Below, one piece after another: positions 36,323 through 45,745 of a DNA stretch of 64,000 nt; positions within the stretch are counted from its first letter, which is position 1; the number at the start of each line of letters is the position of its first letter. The DNA comes from Myxococcales bacterium (GTDB lineage: Bacteria > Myxococcota_A > Polyangia > JAAYKL01), in contig JAAYKL010000053.1 in assembly GCA_012522445.1 (NCBI GenBank), forward strand, positions 1,960-65,959, in the 5' to 3' direction. The position numbers and the translations under genes are program-made. The notes under the pieces are model-generated. The model saw nothing but the letters and a program-made list of their open reading frames with translations. It was not told the DNA's origin and made no database searches.

Positions 36323-38707
36323 ATGCGATACGGATTTTTTGACGACGCAAACAGAGAGTATGTCATCGAACGCCCCGACACCCCCAGGCCCTGGAGCAAT
36401 TACATCGGCAACATCGTGTACGGCGGCATCGTCACCAACAATGCCGTGGGCTACTCTTTTTACAAATCCGCCAGCCAAGGGCGCATCACGCGGTTTCGCT
36501 TCAACACCATCAACAACAACATGACCGGCAAGTTCGTCTACTTGCACGACGCCGAAAACGGCGACTTTTGGTCCAACGCCTGGCAACCCGTCGGGCCGCC
36601 GTTAAAAGACTTCGCCTACGAGACGCGCCACGGCACCGGGTACACCGTCATCACCTCCACCTACCGCGGCATCACTTCCCAGGTGACCTACTTCGTCCCC
36701 CTCGACGCCATCTACGAAACCTGGAAGGTCGCCATCACCAACACCACCGATCGGCCGCGAAAGATCCGCGCCTTCCCCTTCATCGAGCACGGCTGCAACT
36801 GGAACGCCCTCGACGACTGGAACAACCTGCAGTACACGCAGTACATCGTTAAAGCTGAGGTCGTGGACGGCATCCTCGACATGGGCTCCAACGTCAACAT
36901 GCCGCGCGATCCCGAGCACTTCGAAAACAAAGACCAGGCCCGCCATACCTTCATGGGCATCGCCGGTGCCAAGCCCGCTGGCTTCGACTCCGATCTCGAG
37001 CGCTTCATCGGTCCCTACGGCACCTACGGCAAGCCCTCCGCCGTCGCAGCCGGCCAGTGCAGCAACTCCCTGGTGTGCGGCGACAATCCCTGCGGCGCCT
37101 TTCAAGTCGACCTCGAATTGGCCCCGGGACAGACCGCTGAGTTCGCCGTGGTGTTCGGCATCGGCGACGCGGGCACCGAGGGCCGCGCTGCGGTCTCCGC
37201 CATGGACACCCCGCAAAAAGTCGACGCGGCATTGGCGGCCGTCAAGGCGATGAACCACGCGCGCCTCGACAACCTCGCCGTGAAAACCCCAGACCCCATC
37301 TTCAACAGCATGATGAACACCTGGAGCCCCTACAACTGCATGATGACCTTCTACTGGTCGCGCACGGCCTCCATGGTCTACGCCGGAGAGCGCGACGGTC
37401 TGGGCTTTCGCGACTCCATGCAAGACATGCTCGGCGCCATGCCCCTAGACACCGACGAAGCCAAAAGCCGGCTGGAGCTCCTGCTCACGGGACAGCTCGC
37501 CAACGGCGGCGCCCTCCCGGTGGTCAAGCCCTTTGCGCACCGTCCCGGCCACGAAAAGGAGCCGCCCCACTACCGCGCCGACGACTGCTTGTGGTTCTTC
37601 AACGCCATCCCCGAGTACGTCAAAGAGTCCGGCGACATCGGCTTTTACCGCCGCGTCTTCCCCTACGCCGACAAGGGCGAGGCCACGGTATTGGGCCACC
37701 TGCGGCGCGCCATCGAATTCAACCTCGAGCGCTCGGGCGCCCACGACTTGCCCTGCGGGCTCTTTGCCGACTGGAACGACTGCCTCAGGCTCGGCGAAGA
37801 AGGCGAAAGCGCTTTCGTGGCCTTCCAACTGCGCCTGGCCCTGCGCGAATACCGCGACATCTCCGCCATGTTGGGCGAGGCCGAAGAGTCCGCCTGGGCG
37901 GCCGAGAAGCTCGCGTGGTTTGACGGGGTCCTCGAAAAGCACGTGTGGGACGGCGAGTGGTACCTGCGCGCCTATCGCTACGACGGGCTCAAGTTCGGCT
38001 CCAAAGAAAACGACGAGGGCAGCATCTTCATGAACGCCCAGGTGTGGGCGGTGTTGAGCGGTCACGCCACCGGAGCGCGGGCCACGCAGGCCATGGACGC
38101 CATGGACAAACACCTGAACACCGAGTACGGCGTCATGCTCTGCGCGCCGCCTTATGTGCACGCCGATCCCCAGGTGGCCCTGGCCGTGCTCTTCAACCCC
38201 GGCATGAAAGAAAACGCGGGCATCTTCAACCACACCCAGGGCTGGGGCGTCATGGCCCAGGCCATGCTGGGACGCGGCGACAAAGCCTGGGAATACATGC
38301 GCAATGTTCTGCCGGGCTTCTACAATGACCGCGCCGAAGTCCGCCAGGTCGAACCCTACGCCGTCTGCCAGAGCACACACGCGCGCTACAGTCCGCGCTT
38401 CGGTGCGGGTCGGCTCTCGTGGCTCTCCGGGGCCGCCACCTGGAATTACTTCGCCGCCACGCAATACATCCTCGGCGTGCGCCCCGACTACGACGGGCTG
38501 CGCATCGCGCCTTGCCTACCCGCCGACTGGCCCGAGGTTTCCGTGACGCGCACCTTCCGCGGCAAAAACTTCCGCATCACCATTGTCAACGGCCCCACCG
38601 GACACACGGTCAAAACCGTAACGATCAATGGCAAATCAGTGGACGGCAACCTCATCCCGGCGGAGATGTTCCAAGACGACAACGACGTACGGGTCGAGCT
38701 CGCCTAA
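36323..38707 (+). CDS. GH94 cellobiose (or related beta-glucan disaccharide) phosphorylase
   Basis: N-terminus MRYGFFDDANREYVIERPDTPRPWSNYIG matches the cellobiose phosphorylase N-terminus, and the ~794 aa length is typical. GAGGAG RBS lies upstream of ATG 36323. The ORF-track start 36203 is rejected. Confidence 0.88.
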   Translation: MRYGFFDDANREYVIERPDTPRPWSNYIGNIVYGGIVTNNAVGYSFYKSASQGRITRFRFNTINNNMTGKFVYLHDAENGDFWSNAWQPVGPPLKDFAYETRHGTGYTVITSTYRGITSQVTYFVPLDAIYETWKVAITNTTDRPRKIRAFPFIEHGCNWNALDDWNNLQYTQYIVKAEVVDGILDMGSNVNMPRDPEHFENKDQARHTFMGIAGAKPAGFDSDLERFIGPYGTYGKPSAVAAGQCSNSLVCGDNPCGAFQVDLELAPGQTAEFAVVFGIGDAGTEGRAAVSAMDTPQKVDAALAAVKAMNHARLDNLAVKTPDPIFNSMMNTWSPYNCMMTFYWSRTASMVYAGERDGLGFRDSMQDMLGAMPLDTDEAKSRLELLLTGQLANGGALPVVKPFAHRPGHEKEPPHYRADDCLWFFNAIPEYVKESGDIGFYRRVFPYADKGEATVLGHLRRAIEFNLERSGAHDLPCGLFADWNDCLRLGEEGESAFVAFQLRLALREYRDISAMLGEAEESAWAAEKLAWFDGVLEKHVWDGEWYLRAYRYDGLKFGSKENDEGSIFMNAQVWAVLSGHATGARATQAMDAMDKHLNTEYGVMLCAPPYVHADPQVALAVLFNPGMKENAGIFNHTQGWGVMAQAMLGRGDKAWEYMRNVLPGFYNDRAEVRQVEPYAVCQSTHARYSPRFGAGRLSWLSGAATWNYFAATQYILGVRPDYDGLRIAPCLPADWPEVSVTRTFRGKNFRITIVNGPTGHTVKTVTINGKSVDGNLIPAEMFQDDNDVRVELA

Positions 38708-38824
38708 CGCCTAGCGCGCGACACCTCTTGGGCGACCCCTGCCCTGCCAACAAAATCCCACTTTCCACCGCTGCCTCCACAGGCGTAAAATGGTCTCCTC
38801 ATCCCAACCAACAGGAGAACATTC

Positions 38825-39655
38825 ATGAATACATCAATGCGCTGGTTGCTCTGCGGTGTCTTGTTAACCCTATGGTGCGCGGCCTGTAGCAGCGACAACG
38901 ACAGCAATAACGACAGCAACAACGACAACAACGACAGCGACGTTCATCCCGGCTCCGATAACGGCGTTGATACCCACAACGGAGGCGACACCAACGCCGA
39001 TCCAGGCACAGACGCGAACAGCGACGAGGGCCATGGCAGCGACGCGAACCCCGGCACAACCGACGACACAAACACCGGCGCAGACAGCGACGCCATTATC
39101 CCCAACGAATGGGATCTCCCCATCACCGCGCCCGAGAGCAACACCGTCCACTGCGATGGCAGCGAATACTTCGGCTCTGGGCCCGAGGACTTTCCCGACG
39201 CCAATTGGCTGTGTTCGTTTTCATACGACGGCGTAAATGGTGTTGTGTTTTCCCGCAACGTCGCCACCGACTGTCTCGTCATCATGGCGCCCATGCCCAT
39301 CTACGAAAACCGCGGCACCTGGCTCGCCATCGACGGCCAAGTCACCCCGCTCGACAACGCGTCCTACGACATCGGCGGCAACCACCGCAATGACGCGCTT
39401 GCGTTTGCGTACGGCGACAAGCACTTTCGCTTCTACCACTCCTCGTTCGGATTCGGCTGGCGGGCCTGCCACCCCATGGACTGCCTCCAAGTCGAAGACG
39501 ACCAGGGCGCTCTCATCGAAGACGGCTGCACCTGTGAGCGCACCTTGCCGGTGGTCTGCGTCGAAGTCACCCCCGAAGGCACCTGGGATGCCCTCGACGA
39601 TACATTTGCCCTCTGTTTGGGTGACAGCACCTGCGGCGACATCGCGAACCCCTAA
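38825..39655 (+). CDS. Lipoprotein with Asp/Asn/Ser/Gly low-complexity linker and Cys-containing C-terminal domain, unknown function
   Basis: Lipobox LWCAAC, then SSDNDSNNDSNNDNNDSDVHPGSDNGVDTHNGGDTNADPGTDANSDEGHGSDANPGTTDDTNTGADSD, then a ~190-aa globular region. Confidence 0.65.
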   Translation: MNTSMRWLLCGVLLTLWCAACSSDNDSNNDSNNDNNDSDVHPGSDNGVDTHNGGDTNADPGTDANSDEGHGSDANPGTTDDTNTGADSDAIIPNEWDLPITAPESNTVHCDGSEYFGSGPEDFPDANWLCSFSYDGVNGVVFSRNVATDCLVIMAPMPIYENRGTWLAIDGQVTPLDNASYDIGGNHRNDALAFAYGDKHFRFYHSSFGFGWRACHPMDCLQVEDDQGALIEDGCTCERTLPVVCVEVTPEGTWDALDDTFALCLGDSTCGDIANP

Positions 39656-39720
39656 CCACAAAACACATCGCGTTCTTGTCGCTCATTGTTGCGGGTGTTA
39701 CAACGCCGGCGAGGTGACCC

Positions 39721-40593
39721 ATGAGTTCAAAAGCCCCCGATCCCAACCACAAAAACGTCCTGCCTCTGGCCGCCGCGCCCGCTGCCGACAACACAAAAAA
39801 ACAAACACCGCACCATGCGCGCATGCAGCGCATTCGGCACAAATTCCTGGTGCTCTCCGGCAAAGGCGGCGTGGGCAAGAGCACCGTCGCCGTCAACCTG
39901 GCTGCGGCACTGGCCATGAACGGCGCCCGCGTCGGCTTGCTCGACGTCGACCTGCACGGCCCCAGCGTCCCCAAACTGCTGCACCTCGAAGATGCCCGTC
40001 CCGTGGTCTCCAGCGAAGGCATGATGCCCATCGAGCGGCGCATGGGCGACGGCACCATCCTCGTGATGTCCGCGGCGTTTTTGCTCCCCAACCGCGACGC
40101 TGCGGTCATTTGGCGCGGCCCGCGCAAGTACGCCATGATCCGGCAGTTCTTAAACGACATCGCCTGGGGCGACCTGGACGCGCTGGTGGTGGACGCCCCG
40201 CCGGGCACCGGTGACGAACCCCTGGCTGTCGCCGAACTCGTCGACGCCGCCGATGGCGCGGTCATTGTCACCACGCCGCAAGATCTCGCGGTACAAGACG
40301 TCCGCCGCTGCATTCACTTTTGCCGGCAATTGCACCTGCCCATCCTGGGCATCGTCGAGAACATGAGCGGCTTCACGTGTCCGGATTGCGGCAAAGTGGT
40401 GCGCATCTTCGGTGGAGACGGCGGCCGGAAGTTGGCCGAAGAAGCGGGCGTGCCTTTCTTGGGCGAGGTGCCCATCGACCCCACAGTCGTCACCGACGGC
40501 GACCGCGGCACCCCCATCGTCGACGCCCACCCCGAGAGCCTGGCGGCCCAACATTTTGCCCGCATGGCCGCAACCCTGCTACCGCCACAATAG
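39721..40593 (+). CDS. apbC: Mrp/NBP35/ApbC-family Fe-S cluster carrier ATPase
   Basis: FLVLSGKGGVGKSTVAVNLA deviant Walker A, GDLDALVVDAPPGTGDE, and CxxC (FTCPDCG). Confidence 0.9.
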   Translation: MSSKAPDPNHKNVLPLAAAPAADNTKKQTPHHARMQRIRHKFLVLSGKGGVGKSTVAVNLAAALAMNGARVGLLDVDLHGPSVPKLLHLEDARPVVSSEGMMPIERRMGDGTILVMSAAFLLPNRDAAVIWRGPRKYAMIRQFLNDIAWGDLDALVVDAPPGTGDEPLAVAELVDAADGAVIVTTPQDLAVQDVRRCIHFCRQLHLPILGIVENMSGFTCPDCGKVVRIFGGDGGRKLAEEAGVPFLGEVPIDPTVVTDGDRGTPIVDAHPESLAAQHFARMAATLLPPQ

Positions 40594-40621
40594 CGTTAAA
40601 CGCCAAGTCACTCTGCGAACA

Positions 40622-42871
40622 TTATTTTGATGCGGTGTCGGGCAGGGGCATTTTGTCGACGTGGCCGCCGAAATAACGCACGGCCTTGACGGGTTTCATG
40701 CGCAGCGTGCGAAAGGCCTCGTAGGCGGTGCGCATGCGCGCAAAGTCATCGGGATGCGACGAGACCAGCGACTCCCCGCGCTCGTAATCATCGGTGAGCG
40801 GGTAGAGGCGGTACACCCCGGTGTCGGGTAAGTGATGCAGCTTCCAGCCGTCGTGAATGAACACACGGCGCGCCTCGCAGAGCGGTGTGGCGTTTTGCTC
40901 GACATACACCGGGCGCGTCAAAATGGGCGCCTCCGCCACCCAATCGGGCACGCGGCTGACGCTGTGGCTACCCTCGGGCACCGGCAGGCCAAAGGCGTCG
41001 AGCAGCGTGGCGAACAGATCGATTAAGCTCACGGATTCGGCGATGCGGCGCGGTGAAATGCCAGGCCCGGCAATCGCCAGGGGAACGCGGATGATCTCCT
41101 CCCACAGCTCCTTGCCGTGGGTCCAGCGCCCGTGCTCGCCAAAGGCCTCCCCGTGATCTGCGGAGACGATGTAAAGGATGCGATCGGCGTTGGGCAAGGT
41201 GGCCAGGTGTTCGAGTAGCCGGCCGATCTGCGTGTCGGTGTACAGCACCTCGTGGTCGTAGCGATCGCGGCGCGAGTTGCCGAATTTGGTCACGCCCCGG
41301 TGTTCGAGATATTCCTTATGGGGGTCCATGTAATGCGCCCACAAAAAGAAACGCCCCGACACATTTTCGGATTTCTTGAGCCACTTGATCGCCTCGCCCG
41401 AAACAAAGTGCGAATTGTACGCCGTGTCGGGACTGCTGGTGGGCCCGGTCTGGGTCGAGGGCACCAGTTGCCAGTGCTGAAACCCCTGGTGCCAACCATG
41501 GTGTGGCGAAAACAAAAAGTGCGACAAAAAGGCCGCGCAGTTCACGGTCTCGCCGCAGATGTATTCGGCGGCAAAGGTTTCGCGCCCGCTGATGCGCACC
41601 TCGTAGGCGTCGTTGCGCAACAGCTCCGAGGGATACTTGCCCGTCATCATGGAGGGGATGGCCTGCCCGGTGTAAGAGCTCAACGCATAGGCGCGCTCGT
41701 ACACAACGCCATTGGCCACCAAGGCATCGAGATTGGGCGTCAACTGTCGCTCGGTATTTCCCGCAAACCCCGGCGCGTTCCAGCGGAGGCTGTCCACCGT
41801 GATGAGCACGACGCTGAGGTCATCGGGAAAGTCGGGCCGAAACGACTCGCGCTTCACCTCCACCTCGCGCTGCTCTGTCTCGCTCTCGGCGGCCTGTTTC
41901 TGCAGCAGCGCAATGTCTAGCCCAGCGGTTAGGCAGTCGTTGGCGGGCTCAGGCGCCCCCGGATAGACATCGGGATTGGTGTCGTCGCAGTCCTTGCCGC
42001 CCAGCCACCGAGAGTGTCCATCGCCGTCCGCGTCCCCCACTTTTCGCAACACCTTGGCCATCGCGGTACCCAGATCGTCGCGGCGCTCCGCGGTGTCCAA
42101 CGCGTCGGCATCGCGGGACAAAATCGCGTGGGCCAGCGGGGGTCCCGCAGCGGCCATCCCCAAGGCGAGCAACGAGGCGCTGAGCAAGATCGGCACAGAC
42201 AAACGGCGCAATCCCAACCACGCAGCCACGGCCACGCCGCCGGCAATGGCCAGTGAAAACAGCGGCGCCAACGCCAGGCCATCCTTTCGAAATAGGCCGA
42301 TGAAGGCGTAGGGCCCCGTCGCATCGATGCCGCGAAACAGCGGCGGAAGCAGCAGCGAGAGCGCGGCCACCACAACGAACGCAAGCGCCACAACCGGGCG
42401 ATGCCCAAAGCGCAGCGCCGAAAAGCGTTCGAGTTTTTTTTCGGTTCCGTGCACGAGGCGGCGTCCGAGCAAGAGCCCAATGACGGCCAGGAAGGACAGG
42501 GACAACGAGAGGAACAGCGCCGCCAAGCCGCTGTGGTGAAAGGCGGTCATGAAGAACAGCACAATGCGGTAGATGACGGGCAACGACAAAAGGCCCAAGA
42601 CGCCGACGACAAAGATGCGGGCGCTGAGACGCGGGTGCTGGCGGTGGCGCAAGGCAGCCAAGATGTGCGCCACATCAAATGCAGCCGGGCAAAGGGCAAA
42701 GAGCGACAGGAGGCCCAAGGTCACCAGGGGGAGCAAGGGGAGCAAGAGGCCGACCTTGATGCCCAAGGCAACCGCGCGGGTGGTCTCGACCACGAACAGG
42801 GATTCCACGACGCCAGCACAGAAAAGCCCCAATGCACTGGCCACCATGGCGCTGAGAATCAGTCTGAACAT
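40622..42871 (-). CDS. Polytopic membrane protein with extracytoplasmic sulfatase-fold domain (LtaS/OpgB/EptA-like architecture)
   Basis: About 280-aa N-terminal multi-TM region. MopE-like metal-binding motif DADGDGHSRWLGGKDCDDTNPDVYPGAPE. Sulfatase-fold motifs VVLITVDSLRW, SSYTGQAIPSMMTG and IVSADHGEAFGEHG. Confidence 0.8.
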   Translation of the reverse strand: MFRLILSAMVASALGLFCAGVVESLFVVETTRAVALGIKVGLLLPLLPLVTLGLLSLFALCPAAFDVAHILAALRHRQHPRLSARIFVVGVLGLLSLPVIYRIVLFFMTAFHHSGLAALFLSLSLSFLAVIGLLLGRRLVHGTEKKLERFSALRFGHRPVVALAFVVVAALSLLLPPLFRGIDATGPYAFIGLFRKDGLALAPLFSLAIAGGVAVAAWLGLRRLSVPILLSASLLALGMAAAGPPLAHAILSRDADALDTAERRDDLGTAMAKVLRKVGDADGDGHSRWLGGKDCDDTNPDVYPGAPEPANDCLTAGLDIALLQKQAAESETEQREVEVKRESFRPDFPDDLSVVLITVDSLRWNAPGFAGNTERQLTPNLDALVANGVVYERAYALSSYTGQAIPSMMTGKYPSELLRNDAYEVRISGRETFAAEYICGETVNCAAFLSHFLFSPHHGWHQGFQHWQLVPSTQTGPTSSPDTAYNSHFVSGEAIKWLKKSENVSGRFFLWAHYMDPHKEYLEHRGVTKFGNSRRDRYDHEVLYTDTQIGRLLEHLATLPNADRILYIVSADHGEAFGEHGRWTHGKELWEEIIRVPLAIAGPGISPRRIAESVSLIDLFATLLDAFGLPVPEGSHSVSRVPDWVAEAPILTRPVYVEQNATPLCEARRVFIHDGWKLHHLPDTGVYRLYPLTDDYERGESLVSSHPDDFARMRTAYEAFRTLRMKPVKAVRYFGGHVDKMPLPDTASK

Positions 42872-43185
42872 GGGGCGCTTTTACCACACCCGGCGCAGTT
42901 GTCACCGTCCGATGCCCCGCGCGTTCAGGGCGCGTCCCAGATGCTCCCTCCTGCCCCGCTTCATCTCCCTCGTCGACGCGTTTCAAATGCGGCAGGCAGG
43001 TGATGAAGCTTTTGGGGCGAAATACGGTTAACCCACCAAGCCAATGCCCGCGAGCCGCAAAACAGAAGTGTTCATTTCGTGACCGCCTGCACAATTTCCT
43101 TGCACTGCTGCGAAAAGCGACAACAATAAATGCGTTCCATACAGCGCGTAAAATAAGCCCCCAAACGTCAAATACGGAGGATCAC

Positions 43186-43998
43186 ATGAATCGCAAAATT
43201 GTCTTTTCGCTGACCGGCGGCACCCTGCTCGTACAATTCATTATCGGGTACCTGCTGACCGTCATTACCTTTGGCATTTATCTCTCTTGGTTTTACGCCA
43301 AGCTGGCCCGCCTGTTCGCCGAACACACCTCTGTCAGCACCGACACGGGCGATATCCGCTTTCAATTCACCGGCACCGGGGGCGGCCTGTTCAAAACAGT
43401 GCTCGTCGGCACCCTGCTGAGCGGCCTCACCATGGGCATTTACATCCCCTGGTTCCTCGTAAATCTGCTCAAATACTTCACCGACAACACCGCCGCCATC
43501 GACCAACAAGGCAATTACTACAGCCTGAAATTCACCGGCACCGGCGGGGGCCTCATCGTCACCTACATCATCGGCGCACTGTTAACTGGCGTCACGCTGG
43601 GTGTCTACTTTCCGTGGTTCCTCGTCAGCATCGCCAAATTTGTCGCCAACAACACCGCCGTCATCAGCGATGGCCAGCAAGTTGGCGCGCTCACCTTCAT
43701 CGGCCTGGGCGACGAGCTGATTCTGCCCTTTGTCGTCGGCTATCTCCTCACCTTGGTCACGCTGGGCATCTACGGTTTTTGGTTCCAGGTCACGATGCTG
43801 AAGTTCATGTGCCAAAAGACCGTACTCTCGGTGAACGACAACCAGTTCGGCTTCGACTTTCAAGGCACCGGCGGCGAATACTTTGTCACCGTGCTCGTTG
43901 GCAACCTGCTGTCTAGCGTTACGCTGGGCATCTACGGCGCTTGGTTCGCCTGCAAAGTGACGCGCTTCCAAACCGAAAACATCGTCATCTACGGTTAA
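43186..43998 (+). CDS. Membrane protein built from five tandem YjgN/DUF898-type modules
   Basis: Start at MNRKIVF with a GGAGG RBS (43176-43180). Five ~54-aa repeats carry F-x-F-x-G-T-G-G and T-L-G-I-Y-x-P/A-W-F signatures, as in the E. coli YjgN N-terminus. Confidence 0.75.
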   Translation: MNRKIVFSLTGGTLLVQFIIGYLLTVITFGIYLSWFYAKLARLFAEHTSVSTDTGDIRFQFTGTGGGLFKTVLVGTLLSGLTMGIYIPWFLVNLLKYFTDNTAAIDQQGNYYSLKFTGTGGGLIVTYIIGALLTGVTLGVYFPWFLVSIAKFVANNTAVISDGQQVGALTFIGLGDELILPFVVGYLLTLVTLGIYGFWFQVTMLKFMCQKTVLSVNDNQFGFDFQGTGGEYFVTVLVGNLLSSVTLGIYGAWFACKVTRFQTENIVIYG

Positions 43999-44099
43999 AC
44001 GCGCCGCCCGCGCCCGCCCCTCACCTGTCCATCGCCCTTCATTTGGGCGACCCTGCACCCACTTGTTGACTCTCGTTATGCCGCCATTATCATGGGCAC

Positions 44100-44762
44100 A
44101 TGAAAGAATACTTGCTGGCCTTTACCGCCCTATTGTTTCTCGCGTTGCTGCTGTACCGCCTTATCCGCAGCATTTGGCTCTCGCAGCGGCTCTCCGCAGA
44201 CACCCACTCCCCTGGCTGTGCCATCCCCGGCGAGCTGCAGGCAAAAGTCGACGCCGCCACCACCCCCGCCCGCGCCCGCGAGCTGCTGCGCGAAATCGAA
44301 CGCCGCGCCAGCGGTGAACGCGCGAACAAGCGCGCCTGTTATTACGTCGCATCGGCCGAAGTAGCCCGCACGGTGCTCAAGCGCCAAAACGTCGCGGTGC
44401 ACTTTTACATTCGCGCCCTGCGCAACGACCCCGCCTGCGAGCCCGCCCTCGAACGCCTCATCACTGCGCTGCTCGCCCAAAAGAAAACGCGCTTGCTGGA
44501 GCGCCACTGCTGGTCGCTCCTGTCGCGCATGGGCCCCGAACACACGGGCGGTGCTGTCTGGATCAAGTGCTGGACCACGCTGGGCAATCTCTACGCCGCC
44601 AACCCGCGCCAACTCGAGCGCAGTGATGCCATCCGCAAAATGCTGAACTTCGCCGTCGCCGAAGACGATGACGAATTCTCAGACAACGACACCTCACGAG
44701 ACAGCGATTTGCCAGGTGCCAATTCGCCAGACGACAACCAACAACTAACGACAAACGACTAA
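44100..44762 (+). CDS. Hypothetical membrane-anchored protein (N-terminal TM, helical repeat region, acidic tail)
   Basis: 220-aa ORF. MKEYLLAFTALLFLALLLYRLI TM helix and a TPR-like helical segment (FYIRALRNDPACEPALERLITALL). Confidence 0.5.
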   Translation: MKEYLLAFTALLFLALLLYRLIRSIWLSQRLSADTHSPGCAIPGELQAKVDAATTPARARELLREIERRASGERANKRACYYVASAEVARTVLKRQNVAVHFYIRALRNDPACEPALERLITALLAQKKTRLLERHCWSLLSRMGPEHTGGAVWIKCWTTLGNLYAANPRQLERSDAIRKMLNFAVAEDDDEFSDNDTSRDSDLPGANSPDDNQQLTTND

Positions 44763-45706
44763 CGAGGTTGGGTGGCGTGGTAATACGCCGCTTCGCCCAC
44801 ATCGGAAATGCGCACGAGGCCCGCTTGTTGCAAGCGAATGAGGGCATCGGTGGCCTGCGAACGGGTGATGCGCAGCCCCTCGCAGATGTCGTTCAACGTG
44901 CAGGGACGGCGCTTCAAAACCTCGAGCACATCTTTGTCGATGTCCAAAAAGTCCTTGGCGGAGCGCCCTGCGCTGTCGGCCTGTCGCGAAACGAATGCGC
45001 CGATGGCGTGCGCCTTCTCGCCAAAGATGGCCTTCGCCCGCTCCAGCACTGTTGCGTCGCAGGGCAGAGCGCCCCGCTCGGGGATCGGCGGTCGCACCGG
45101 TGTATTGAGATCGATGCGATCCACCCGCAGCGTCTTCACGATTTCGTGCAGCGCCTGCAGTTGCGCCTCTGTGTCGTTGACGCCGGCGATGAGCATGATC
45201 TCGAGGCGCACTTCGCCGGGATGCGCGTGGGTGACGTCGCGCAAGCCCTGCACCACGTCCTCGAAGCGGATGTCTGGGTGTGGGCGATTGATGCGGGCAA
45301 AAGTTTGTGCGTCCCCCGCGTCTAAGGAGGGTGCCAAAATATCGGCCAGCATCGCGGCCTTCACCACCATCGGGTCGCGCAGCATCACGCCGTTGGTGAT
45401 CAGCAGCACCGGCGCATCGCTCACCTCTTTGAGCCGGGTGATCAGTGTTTCTAAGCCGGTGTACAGCGTCGGCTCTCCCGAACCCGCCAAGGTGATGACA
45501 TCCGGGGCCGGTCCCTCTCTCAGGGCCTCCTGAACATCTCGAATGATGTCGTCGATGGGAAAAAAACAAGACGGCGTAACAGTGGTCTCTTCCGTGGGGC
45601 CCAACTGGCAATAGATGCAATCGAGCTGACAGGTTTTGTGCGGCACAATGTCGATGCCCAGCGAAAGGCCAAAACGCCTAGACGGAATCGGTCCATAAAC
45701 TCTCAT
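44759..45706 (-). CDS. Radical SAM protein (COG0731-like) with C-terminal winged-helix-like domain
   Basis: MRVYGPIPSRRFGLSLGIDIVPHKTCQLDCIYCQ (CxxxCxxC). C-terminal LEVLKRRPCTLNDICEGLRITRSQATDALIRLQQAGLV resembles a wHTH. Confidence 0.85.
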   Translation of the reverse strand: MRVYGPIPSRRFGLSLGIDIVPHKTCQLDCIYCQLGPTEETTVTPSCFFPIDDIIRDVQEALREGPAPDVITLAGSGEPTLYTGLETLITRLKEVSDAPVLLITNGVMLRDPMVVKAAMLADILAPSLDAGDAQTFARINRPHPDIRFEDVVQGLRDVTHAHPGEVRLEIMLIAGVNDTEAQLQALHEIVKTLRVDRIDLNTPVRPPIPERGALPCDATVLERAKAIFGEKAHAIGAFVSRQADSAGRSAKDFLDIDKDVLEVLKRRPCTLNDICEGLRITRSQATDALIRLQQAGLVRISDVGEAAYYHATQPR

Positions 45707-45745
45707 CGCAAAATCCTCTGTTGTTGCGTGGTGTGGCCCAGAAAT

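Noticed and set aside
43087-43105. Sigma-54-like element CTGCACAATTTCCTTGCAC upstream of the YjgN-like gene
   Set aside because: The -24 element lacks the GG dinucleotide and the spacing to GC is 12 rather than 10 nt.
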